From contig NC_087451.1 of the NCBI RefSeq assembly GCF_036321535.1, forward strand, positions 55,490,001 through 55,554,000: a stretch of 64,000 nucleotides of DNA, in the 5' to 3' direction. The translations under genes and the position numbers were made by a program. Positions within the stretch are counted from its first letter, which is position 1; each line of letters begins with the position of its first letter. The DNA is from Camelus dromedarius (Eukaryota). Positions 44,801 to 56,114 of the stretch are shown here, piece after piece. A model generated the notes under the pieces. It saw nothing but the letters and a program-made list of their open reading frames with translations, ran no database searches and had not been told where the DNA came from.

Positions 44801-47800
44801 ACCCTGCCGCTGCCTCCTCCTCTCCAGCAGGATGAGGGGCAGACCCGGGGACTTGGTTCTGCTTGTAGAGCTATTCCTATCTCCCTCCTCCAGACCAACA
44901 CAGGCATCCAGAAGAACCTGGAGCAGGAGATCATCCACTACAGCTTTAAAACTTCCTTCTTTGACATCTTTGTGAGTAGCCTTGGGGAGTCTGGGGGCAG
45001 AGAGGGCAGGGGGATGTGGCTCTTCAGCTGTCTTCTCTTCTTCCTGCAACACACATCCTACTCTGATCAGGGAGACTTGGCTTCCATCTCATTGTTTAAG
45101 CAGGTTCCTAAATGAGGCCCCAGCTTCAGAGAACCCGAAGTGGGAGGGGAGGACAAGACCCCTGTCCAATAAGGTCACTTCCAAGTCCTCCACAAAGAAA
45201 ACACTGACTCGGCCATTCTCTCCTGGGGCATGCACACCATGCGGAGGGATCCTGGTGGGGCAGGACTGGAGGGGAGGCCAGCCTCCAGCAGAGGTAGGAC
45301 GATTGGCTTGTCTGTGATGGCTCCCCCTCCCACTCCACCCCCTCGCCAGGTCCTGGCTTTCTTCCGCTTTTCCGGACTGCTCCTGGGCTATGCTGTGCTG
45401 CGGCTCCGGCACTGGTGGGTGATTGCGGTAAGATGCCACTTTCCTGGCAGTTCTCGGGCCCTGGCAGGGCTGGTGCAAGAGATGAGATGGAGGAGGACTC
45501 ACTACCCAGCCTCTGTGTTTGCTCTCTCCTTTCTTCCCTCCCCTGGGCAGGTCACGACGCTGGTGTCCAGTGCATTCCTCATTGTCAAGGTCATCCTCTC
45601 TGAGGTCAGTGGCTCAGGGTCTGGCTGGTCTGGTGGGCATCTGGCCTGAGGGATGGGCTTCTGCCCAGGAGAGAGTACTTCTCTGATTTTGGGTGTCTGT
45701 CCCTATTGTCAGGGTCGGGGTGAGAGGGAATCCTGACCTTAGATATTTCTAAGGACTCATCTTCACTGGTGTTCCCCACTTGCCCACTGCAACCCCAAGA
45801 GCAGAAAGTTCCTCCTTCAGTCTAATCTCAGTTTATCCTGCTGCAGAATTCATTAATCTGTCCATCTCAGAGGCATGTGCCACAGAGGGTCCCTAAGCAG
45901 CTGGTACCAGGAGTTGGGTGTATGCCAGAGTTCGTAGCCCCAGGGTGGGACTTTGGGTTTGGGGTGACCCCCTGCCTTGGAGCTCAGCCCCCTTCCTCCA
46001 CAGCTGCTCAGCAAAGGGGCATTTGGCTACTTGCTTCCCATCGTCTCCTTTGTCCTTGCCTGGTTGGAGACCTGGTTCCTTGACTTCAAAGTCCTACCCC
46101 AGGAAGCCGAGGAGGAGCGATGTGAGTGCTGGGGGGTGAGGGGATACAGTAAGGGTCAAGAGAGGAGAGTTTCAGGCATGAGAGCGAGTTCTGAGCTGTC
46201 TTGCCAACTCTGCCTCCAAGAGCCTTAGGGTGAACCTGGGCCGGGGACCCCGGCTGCTAAGGCACAACTGTGCTTGTTTGGGGACACTGGCTGCCTGTGT
46301 CTGCTCCCCCAGGGTATCTTGCTGCCCAGGCTGCAGTTGCCCGAGGACCCCTGCTCTTCTCTGGTGCTCTGTCCGAGGGCCAGTTCTATTCACCCCCAGA
46401 ATCCTTTGCAGGTGAGGGCTGGTGGGTGGGGGAACTGCCTTCAAGGAGGGGCTTTATGAGGAGTCGGTTGGCTGGGTCTGTTCTTTCTATTCCTTCTATC
46501 AGCTCCCTGGGGAGAGCGAGCAGCCCTCTCCCACACACACTTTTATCCCCCCACATCACTGCTCTTGTATCCGCACCCCACTGCCTCCCCGCACTCTCTC
46601 CCCACCTCTTCCCATTGTCATCTGTGCTGGTTTTCTGCAGGGTCTGATAACGAATCAGATGAAGAAGTTGTTGGGAAGAAAAGCTTCTCTGCCCAGGTAT
46701 TTGGCTGTCTGTCTCCACCCCGGGTGGGCATCCCAGAGAGGGGCCAGTGCTGGGCTCTGCCCAGGTGGTCAGGGGCTTCCCAGCAGAGGGTAGACGTTAG
46801 GCAGCCTGAAGGCCAGTCTGTCCATCTGAGTGTCTGCCCTGCTGTCGGTCAGGCCCACTGGTCTGCTTCCTGCCTGGGGCCCAGGTAGGGGTGGCGGGAG
46901 CAGCTACAGTCCCAGGAACCCTGTAGGGCCCAGCAGACCAGCCGAGACCCCACATCTGGCTGCGTCAGGCTTCCTTAAGAGATGTGTGGAGTGTCTAGAG
47001 CAAGACTGGGCCATGACCAGCTAGGGTGCAGATCCCAGGCTGAGCCTTTCCTGCCTCCCATCCCTGGCCAGGAGCGGGAGTACATCCACCAGGGGAAGGA
47101 GGCCATGGCAGTGGTGGACCAGATCTTGGCCCAGGAGGAGAACTGGAAGTTTGAGAAGAATAATGTAAGCGACCTCTTCCTGCCTGCCCTGCCCACATGT
47201 GCTGAGAGTTGTCTTGTGGGGAGTTTTCGCTCCCTTTTCTGAGGCCTGAGAAACAAGCCCAAGAACTGCGTGGGTTGGAACCATATTCCTGCCCCAGGAG
47301 AGGAGGCTGGATCCTGGGGTCGGCCACTTGGCTGGACTGGATTGGATGTTTCCACTGCCCCTCCTCCTGCTTCCACTCTCCGCCCCCCCCCCACCTCCCT
47401 GTTGCTCTGCTCCCTGGGTTCCAGCTTCAAAGGGGAAGCCAGGCTTCTGCCCTGTGTCCGGTGTTTTGTTTCATGATCAAAACAATATTATCTAAAAGGA
47501 TGGCAGAGAGCTTGGAAAATAGAGGGAAGACATCCTCGTTGCTGTCTCTGGCCAGTCCCTCTGGCAGCCCTTGTCGGCCTGGAGACGCGGTCCTTCGTGG
47601 CTGCAGCCACAGCTGTGCTTTTGCCTTTTAACTTGATATCAAAAGCCTTTCTCTCCTCATTGCAGGACATTTGTCAGAACCACTGTTTTTCAATGGCTGC
47701 TCACATATCCCCAAACTACTGGAGTTTTCTCCCCTGAGCCATTAGAATCCTGTCCTACCTGTCACCCATTCCTGTCCCCCAGGCCCCCGCCCCGCTCTGC

Positions 47801-50538
47801 CCTCCACTCACCTCCCTGCCACCCTTGTGACCCTGACACAGGAATATGGGGACACTGTGTACACCATCGAGGTTCCCTTTCATGGCAAGACCTTCATCCT
47901 GAAGGTGAGTGAGGGAAGCGGTGTCCAGGAACCTCCTGCTCTGTCTGGGACTCTAGGCGGGGGCCGGGGGTGGGGCACCCTCCAGCAGGTTTCTCCCATC
48001 TGGAGGGAAGGGCTGGTGTGCCTGAGTACATCTGGCACCACCCTGCCCCAGACCTTCCTGCCCTGCCCCGCGGAGCTGGTGTACCAGGAGGTGATCCTGC
48101 AGCCCGAGAGGATGGTGCTGTGGAACAAGACGGTGACCGCCTGCCAGGTGAGCCGAGCCAGGGGGCCTGACCTGGCCACCCCTCAGGGCAGAGGCAGAGC
48201 AACGTGCTGGATCAGGGTACAGTCATAATCCAGCGTGATCACTTACCCCCAGGGGACCTGGTCACCTCATTGGACTGCTCGGTGCCTCAGCTTCCCCATC
48301 TGTGGAATGGGGATAGTGGTAATAGTGCCTCCTGGAGAGGGTCGGGAAACTGGAAAGAGGGAATGCTCAGAGCGCCTGGCCCAGTACCCATGAATGGGAA
48401 CGGCTCTTAGTTCAGGGGACTGAGCAGAAAGCAGGCTGGCCTGGAGGTTTCCTGAGGAGCTGGGACCCTTCTCTGGGGTTTTCCTGGGGTGGCTGCACCT
48501 CACGTCCGCCCTGGCGCCCACAGATCCTGCAGCGAGTAGAAGACAACACCCTCATCTCCTACGATGTGTCTTCAGGGGCTGCAGGCGGTGTGGTCTCCCC
48601 CAGGTGAGTGCCCACCAAGTGCCCTCCTCCCTCGGGCAGGCCGGCTGTCCTTGGACCTTGGTCTTGGCACCCCCTGATCTAACCCTCCCTCCCCTAGGGA
48701 CTTCGTGAACGTCCGACGCATCGAGCGGCGCAGAGACCGATACCTGTCATCGGGCATCGCCACCACCCACTGTGCCAAGCCCCCGACACATAAATACGTC
48801 AGGTGAGCCCCGCCTTGCCTGGGGTCCTCTGAGCTGGCCCCTCCCCTGGTGGCTGTGGGGACAGAGCAAGGTCAGTGTGTACAGCTGGGCATTTTGTCCT
48901 GCCAAGGCCACCTCCCTGTCCTCTGTCTCACTGGGCTTTGCCCCTCCAGCCCCTAATCCTGCTTATCTGCTGGAGTCTGCGGAATAGCAGCTAGAGCCTC
49001 CACCAGGCTGGAGGGCAGCTCTAGGGAAGACTGTGGATGGTGGTAAATAGGGACCAGCCCGGGGAAGGGGGCTGGGAGCCAGGACCTGAGCAGGAGGGTG
49101 TGCTTTCGGAGCTTCACCTTCTGGCCCTTTCACCCCCTTCTCCCTGTGCCGTGGCCTTGCCTTTTCCCAGAGTGCTCACTCAGAAGTCCCTCTCAGTGAG
49201 AAGAGGCGTCAGTTTTCCTGCTGGTTATTCCAGCAGTTTCCAGTTCCCCTGCTGTCTAATCCTACGCTGCCGGGGGCCTCCTCCCGGATACCCCACTCTT
49301 TCCCTTCGGTCCTGGGGTTCCACAGAGAGCAGTGTTCTTTGAGTGTGGGCCTAGGGGCTCTGGTCTCCCCATGAGCACAGACTTGCTGGGTGATGGACAA
49401 GTTCATTTCCTTTCTGAGTACCAACTTCCTTATCTACGGAGTCAGGGGCAAATTAAATGGAGATGGGATGTGAACCATACAGCGCAGGCCTTGATGCCTC
49501 CTGAGAAGGCGCCCCCTCCTGGAGCCCAGCAGCACTGCACTGCTCCCAGAGCTGGGCGAGAGTGATAAGCGCTCGCGCAGCCCACCCCTTCACAGCTAGA
49601 ACAGACGTAGATTCCCTGGACAAAGTAGACGAGGGCTGGGAAGGTAGTAAGCTCCCTGCCACTGGGGGCTGTGTAAACATCAGCAGGCTGTTGTAGGAGG
49701 GTTTGAGCAGCACATGGCAGGTGGAGGTGGAGGCTGTATCCTGTGGCCTCTGGGACACCTGTCCTGGGCCTTGCCCAGTCAGGGGAGGGGTTGCTAGACC
49801 AGTAACTCCCTTATCTCTTACACCGTAGCCTAAGATGGGCCAAGAATGGGGTAGGGTGATGGGGGTCAAGGGTTCTGCCTGGTTCCAAGATCCCCTCCAT
49901 TGGTGCCTCTTTCCTCAGGGGCGAGAATGGTCCTGGGGGCTTCATCGTGCTCAAGCCGGCCAATAATCCTCGAGTCTGCACCTTCATCTGGATCCTTAAT
50001 ACAGATCTCAAGGTGGGGGTGCTAGGCCTGCGAGGCAGGCTTGGTGGAGTGGAAGGGACTCTGCTGTGTGACCTTGGGCACTCCCTCCCCTACTCTGTTT
50101 CCTTTCTCACTCTAAAATTGGGGTCAGGGTCCAAATGGTCTTCTCACCCTGCTTGCTGGTGGGCCTGTGCCTCCCCTTTCTTACCTCTGACTCCCAGGCC
50201 CCAAGGAAGGACATCTGGCCGCCAGCCTAGCCCCTCCCAGGTCTGTTTGTGTGGCTCATGCCAAGATCCGGCACGGCATGTTCTCCCTGCCAGGGGTGGG
50301 GAGAGGGCGGCCAGGCTGCATTCCAGAGCTGCACCTGGGTTCTGGCCCAGAGCACCCCTTGCTGGTGCCGGTTGTCAAAGAGGAGCCCCTGTGGAGGGCA
50401 AGCCTCCCTGGAACTGTTTCTTGCCTCCCCCAGGGCCGCCTGCCTCGGTACCTCATCCACCAGAGCCTCGCAGCCACCATGTTTGAATTTGCCTTTCACC
50501 TGCGGCAGCGCATTGGCGAGCTAGGCGCCCGGGCGTAA
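41830..50538 (+). CDS. STARD3: StAR-related lipid transfer protein 3 (MLN64): MENTAL domain, phospho-FFAT and START domain, 446 aa, 14 coding exons
   Basis: Exons 41830-42051, 44894-44971, 45350-45427, 45551-45604, 46004-46121, 46313-46411, 46641-46696, 47072-47164, 47842-47904, 48052-48147, 48524-48603, 48698-48802, 49919-50012 and 50434-50538 total 1341 nt, all GT-AG and in phase. FFAT QFYSPPE at 46381-46401; C-terminus [34 protein letters not shown]. Confidence 0.98.
43261..43600 (-). mobile_element. hAT (Tip100/Zaphod-like) DNA transposon fossil with a degenerate transposase C-terminus
   Basis: AT-rich island. The minus frame 43410-43261 reads [50 protein letters not shown], which resembles the hAT dimerisation segment FENNL...IYLT...ERSFSKLKLIKNYLRS. 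A 7-bp inverted repeat CAAGACC/GGTCTTG lies at 43575-43595. Confidence 0.55.
43905..44070 (+). mobile_element. MER5-like hAT-Charlie non-autonomous element
   Basis: gcatcagaatcacccgggagcttt...cagatgctcagctcacc...gattcag...tctttaacaagttcccc. Confidence 0.65.
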
Positions 50539-51167
50539 GCACGCCCCATCACCACCCTGCAGGCCAGGGGCCTGTCGCTACAGCCTCCAGAGCCAGAGAG
50601 GGGGCCAGTTGGGCCTCCTGCTGCCCACAGAGGACCCGGCCTCAAACAGTGGGGAGGAAGAAGCTTCCTCCACAGCAGGCAGCACCTTGGCCCCAAGGTG
50701 CCGCCCTTGACCACACGTCACTGTGCCTGGCAGCCATGGCTGTGAGCACGTGGAGGGCTCAAGCATCTGGACTCTGCCACTGAGGCGAGTGGGGTCTGTC
50801 CTGCCAACATTTGCATGGTGTCCCTGCTTCCTGGAGGAGGAGATCCACTGTCCCCTACCTGGCCAGGGGCAGGGTCTGGAATGGAAGCCTCAGACTTTGT
50901 TGGGGAGGACCAGGGCCCTGGGTAGGACGGAGGTCTGGTCAGCCTTGTCACCAGCATGAAGGTGCAGGAGCCCCTTCATCTGCCTGCTCTCTCATCACAG
51001 TTTTTTAGGATTATTTAAAGGGTCTGGGACCTTTTTCCACTTGTACTTGCAGGAGTGCGGGTGGCAGGTTGGGGTGCTGGGTGCTGGCAGCAAACCTGCC
51101 TCTCCCAGGTTCTTTCCAGGTTGCCTCCCCACCAGGGCCTCCTTGGGGACCTTTGTAATTTGAGCCA

Positions 51168-51173
51168 ATTACA
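51168..51173 (+). terminator. STARD3: Probable STARD3 poly(A) signal, non-canonical ATTACA
   Basis: It follows a UGUA element (ctttgtaa, about 51151-51158). There is no AATAAA between the stop codon (50538) and the TCAP promoter. Confidence 0.45.
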
Positions 51174-52819
51174 AACATGAACTCCAAAAAAGACAAAGCA
51201 GCTCCTCCAGCCTGGCCTCTTGAGGGAAGTCAAGGGCAGCACCTTGGAGCTCGGGGAGGAGCCACTGCTGCAACCAACACATCACACACCCTCTCACCCT
51301 CCCAGAGCCGAGGAGGATGGAGTCACTGGGGACCCAGTTCCTGGAACCCCCCTTCTCACAACTTTCCTGAATGGTTCAGCTGGGCAGATGACTGGTCAGA
51401 GAAAAGTTCCCCGCCTCCCTGCCAGGTCTCCTGTGAGGGAAGGTCAGGTCAAGGTCTCCAGCCCAGGATGGGGAGGGGGAGTAGGGAGAGCCCCGGCAGT
51501 ACCCACAGCAGGCCTTGGCTGCTCCTGGTGTCCCAAGGTCAGGGCGGGGACAGGGGTGTGGAGGGGATGGGGCAGGAGGTGGGGCCTGGACTTCTGGGTC
51601 ACTGACTCTGGAATCCCAGCCCCTGAGCTCCACTCACCTGCCCTCCTGTCCCACCACACTGGGGCCACCAGGATACTTGCCCTCTCTGCTTGCCTGCAGG
51701 CCTCCAGAGGAGGTAACTTGCTTAGAGCCATGGGGTGGGGGTGGGGGTGCTGTGTTGTGGGGAGAGCCCCTCTCGGTCCTGGTTAGGCGTATGACCCTGG
51801 GCAAATCTACCTCTCTGAACCTCCATCTCCTACTTTGTAAAAGCTGTTGTAAGATTAAAAGGTATCAAGAATCAGGTGTAGTGCCTCAGTGATCCCAGGC
51901 ATGCAGCTCTGCCCCAGGTGGGGCCCATGGGCCTCACCACTAGGTTCTCATCGCAGCTCCCAGCCCTGCCTCTCACCCTGGTGCCCTGTACTCTGTCCAC
52001 TCAGTGTCGCCCTCATTCCCCATCCCCAAGGGCCCACCACCCTGTGTGCCAGCTTCTTGCAGCACAAGTTGCTGCTCCTGGTGCTGGGCTGCCCAGGAGC
52101 CTTCCTACTGGCCCACTCTCCGGGGGTGAGAGCCAGGCCCCTCCCACGTGGCACCTTGGAGCTGGCAGGACCCAGAGTTCTTCTGATAAGGCCATTGTGA
52201 CCAGAAAGTGGGGGAAATGAGGCCCAGAGAGGGACAGAAGCTGATCCATAGTCACACTGCCTATTTGTGGCTGATATGGGGCTAGAGCCAGATCTGACTG
52301 CCACTCACTGGAGCCCCAGGATTCTCATCTCACCCCACTTGAGGTGTTGGTAGAGCTGGGGGCCACCTCCCACACCTGCTCCCTCGGCCCCGACTGGCCC
52401 GACTTGGGAGACTACTTCTTTGGCCACGGGCCATGCAAAAAGAAAACATACCTGGCAAAGGTTCGTGTCCAGAATCGCAGGTATAGAATTAGCTTCCAGT
52501 ACCCCTGCTGGTGTAGTGGCAGTTGGGGACCAGGCCATCGGGTGCAGACGCCTGAGGACTTGGCAGCACTGTTCCTGCATTGAGGGGCACTGTCAGGGGA
52601 TGTGCCCTCGAGCCCAGGCAGAGGAGAGCAGTAGGGATGGGAGTCAACGGCCTGGTACAGAGCCCAGAGGGGGCCTTGGTTTCTGCTGTTTCCTGCTCTG
52701 TTTACAGACAGACCGCTGTCCTCCCTGGGTGAGGAGGAGGGGGTGGGGCAGAGGGCAAGTGCCAAGGTGGCACGAGGCTGGGCATGTGCCTGGCTCCAGA
52801 TAGTGTCTGAGGAGTGACA

Positions 52820-53082
52820 GACACCTGGAGGTGTCACTCTGAGGACCCCTGCTCCCACCAGACTATCTTGATCTCTTCAGGAGCTGACCTCTGACCTGGG
52901 GGCAGCCAGAGTCCAGGTACCCCAAGCCCCGCCCTGGGCCCAGAGTCCTCCATCAGTGAGTCTTGGCTCTGTTTATAGCATCTGACGCCAGAGGGGCTGA
53001 AAATAGCCCCTGGAGGAGGGGGAGGAGGGGGCTATTTAAAGGACCTGGGAGGATCAGAGTCCAGAGAGAGTGAGCAGTGATC
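52820..53082 (+). promoter_or_regulatory. TCAP: TCAP muscle promoter: E-box, three near-MEF2 sites and a TATA-like box
   Basis: CACCTG at 52822, CTGTTTATAG at 52969, CTGAAAATAG at 52997, CTATTTAAAG at 53032 (TATA/MEF2 overlap); ATG at 53083. Confidence 0.75.
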
Positions 53083-53836
53083 ATGGCCACTTCAGAGCTG
53101 AGCTGCCAGGTGTCCGAGGAGGACTGTGAGCACCGAGAGGCCTTCTGGGCTGAGTGGAAGGATCTGACACTGTCCACACGGCCTGAGGAGGGGTGAGTCC
53201 TGGCCTGCCAGCGTCCTTCCTCCTCTCCCCTAGAGCACCCTCCCTGAGCCTTACTAGGCCAGAGCACAAAGCCCAGGAGAAGCTGGGGGGAGGGAGCAAG
53301 GAGGGGGCCCACTGGGGAGAGTGAAGTCAAGTCGCCCTTCCTGCACCCCAGGTCCTGGCAGCCCCAGGAAGCCCCGTCACCCAGGCCCCGACCTGAGGGC
53401 AGCAGCTCCCAGGAGTTCAGAGTCCCCTTGCCCTCTCCTTCCCAGTTGCTCCCTGCATGAGGAGGATGCCCTGCGGCGTGAAACCTACCACCAGCAGGGG
53501 CAGTGCCAGGCGCTGGTGCAGCGTTCCCCCTGGCTTGTGATGCGGATGGGCATCCTCGGCCGCGGGCTGCAGGAGTACCAGCTGCCCTACCAGCGGGTGC
53601 TGCCGCTGCCCATCTTCACCCCCGCCAAGGTGGGTGCCAAGGAGGAGCGCGAGGAGACCCCCATCCAGCTGCAGGACCTGCTGGCACTGGAAACAGCCCT
53701 GGGTGGCCAGTGTATGGACCGCCAGGATGTGAACGAGATCACCAAGCAGCTGCCCCCCGTGGTGCCTGTCAGCAAGCCCGGTGCCCTTCGTCGCTCCCTG
53801 TCTCGCTCCATGTCCCAGGAAGCACAGAGAGGCTGA
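53083..53836 (+). CDS. TCAP: Telethonin (titin-cap), 166 aa, 2 exons
   Basis: Exons 53083-53192 (MATSELSCQVSEEDCEHREAFWAEWKDLTLSTRPEEG) and 53446-53836 (CSLHEED...RRSLSRSMSQEAQRG*). AATAAA at 54286-54291. Confidence 0.98.
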
Positions 53837-55189
53837 GAGGGACGGTGACTTGGGCCCCACTGTGCCTGCCCTGGGCTGGGCCCTTCCTGGCTAGGACCAT
53901 GGAGGGGAGCTGCTGGCCATGGATGCTTTGTAGTTTGCCCAGAGTTGGGGGCTAGGGGAGGAGGGAGCCAGAGGCCAGGATGCCTGGGTCTCCTATGTTC
54001 CCAAAGGGAGGGGAGCAAAGGCGGTGGGCACTAAGGGTGGAGAGCTGGGGGCCAGCACAGCCGAGTACCCCTAGCCCCAGGAGGAAGGACAAAAGATGCT
54101 AGTGAAGGCAAGAGGTCCTTGAGAGGAGTGACCCCAGTCGAGGCTTCAGCTGCAAAGAAGGATGAGGGAAAATGTCAGGGGATCTGGAATGGTCCAGGAA
54201 GGAGGCTTGGAGAAGACTGGAGGGAGGGGGACGTGAAGAGGGCAGAGGCTGGGTGGAGCCCCCAACACCCTCTTGTTAGTGCTGCAATAAATGCTCAATC
54301 ATGTGCCAGAGTTTTGTCTCTTTCCTTCTGGTTATGGGGCCCAGCCATTGGTGTCCCCCCAAGCTCACTTCTGGGAACAGGCCCTGCATCTGAGCTAAAT
54401 ATGGCAGAGCTAGTGGGTCACCCCATGCTTGGGGGTGGGGGGTGTTGCAGGGACAGAGCTGTAAACAGGGTGCTGTCTGTTCAGCCCCCCTTCCTTACCC
54501 GGACGCTGCTGTGCAGTCCTGGCTTCCATGTCCAGTCCTCTGGCACTGAGCAGTGCCCAGGAGGCCAGTTGGCATCCAGGGTTTGTTTAAATGACCTCAT
54601 GGAGAATATGGAGGGGGCTGGCACCAGAACTGTCCTTAGCTGTGACTCAGAGTGTGGATAGGGTCAGTGACCCCAAAGCTGACCTCTCAGTTCTGAATCC
54701 AGACAGAATCAATCCTTGGCTGGAGTCAGGTGTTCCACCCTCCCTGCCCTGGGAGCCCAAGGAGGGTTGTTGGGAGTGGGGTGTGTGTATTGGGGGTCAG
54801 GTTCCTGCCTGTGACCCCTGCAGCTGTTGTGCTGACTCATATCCCAACCTGGCTGCCTAGCCCAACAAGAAGACACTCTCCCCTTGGGACAAGGTAGGGG
54901 GGTGAGGTGTGGCACAGAGGCCTGGGGCCCAACTTGGCAGGGGCTGGTAGCCTACCCAGGGCAGGGGGCTCTGGACTTAGCCAGTGGGGTCCCACTCCAG
55001 GAAGACCATGAAGATGGCCTCGCAGAATCCACTTCCCATTCGGGGAAATAGGAGGGGAGACCTTGGCATCTTGACAGCCTGGTACCTGGAACGCCAAGCA
55101 GTCTGCAGGCCTGCCCTGGCCCTACTCCCCCAGAGGGGGCTGGAGTGTGGGCTGGGATTTGAGAGGGGTCAGAGACTGCAGACCGGCAA

Positions 55190-56114
55190 TATGCCTAATC
55201 CTTTGGCGCCCGAAGGCTCGGACTGCGCCCCCTGGTGTCCCCTGGCAGCCTGGAGAACGCGCCGCGCGCCCTCAACGTCCTCACCTGGGTCCTTCGCCCC
55301 CGACGTGGCGGGAACGTCCCGAACCTTCCGTCCTCTGCAGACCCCAGATACACAGCTCGGAGCCTGCAGGGCCCGAAGGAGAGGCCCGGTTTTCCGCCCG
55401 CTAAATGCATTAGCCCCGCTCGCCTCCCTATCGTTGCTGCCATCGGACGGGCGGGGCTGGAGCTCCGCTCTGGGGCCCCGGGGCGACCGTGGTTGAGGTC
55501 AGAACGGACTGTCCTTTCTGGAGTCGGGGCCGGGGAAAGGGGGGAGGGCGGGGGGAGAATGCTGGAGGACAGGGACGAAAGAGAGGCTGGGAGGCGGAGC
55601 AGAGAAGAGGATTTGGGGTGACCTTATTAAGGAATGGAGGAAGACAGGGTGTCCCGCATATGGGGAGCCTGGCGGGGGTGCTGGGCCCTTGGTGGGCCAC
55701 GCTGGGAGCTGGGAACTGGGGAAAGGGCTAACTCGAATCGTCGCAAAAGAGAAGGGATGGGATGCCCGGCAAAGGGGGTGAATGGCTGCGGGAGCTGGAG
55801 AAGAGCGACGGGAGGAGCTGGGACTGGAGGACGCAGGGGTCTAAGCAGTCTAGGGGTAGGAAGCTGAGCGGCAGGGCAGGTGAGGCAAAGGGTGGAGTGC
55901 AGCCGGAGCAACCGTGGAGCAGGGGCGGGGACTGATGTTCCCTCTCTGTGTCTGCTGCTCCGACACTAAAGGAGATGGATGAGGTGAAGGAGATACAGCG
56001 CGCGTGGCCCCGGGCGGCTCATCACTCAGCAGCCGCCCCCGCAGCGGAGGGGTCGGGGCGGGAGTCCGGCCATAGATAAAGGCGAGCGGGGGACAGGGCG
56101 GCCGCAGCAGCAGG
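55190..56114 (+). promoter_or_regulatory. PNMT: PNMT CpG-rich promoter with a GRE, GC boxes and a GATAAA-type TATA box
   Basis: AGAACGgacTGTCCT at 55501-55515, GGGGCGGGG at 55922, GGGGCGGG at 56055, TAGATAAA at 56073-56080. Confidence 0.75.

Noticed and set aside
50251-50433. ORF running through STARD3 intron 14 in frame with the last exon (similar cases at TCAP 53321 and PNMT 57091)
   Set aside because: These are stop-free intronic runs ahead of clear canonical acceptors. PNMT intron-2 retention would stop at once (GGG TAA), and there is no promoter evidence.
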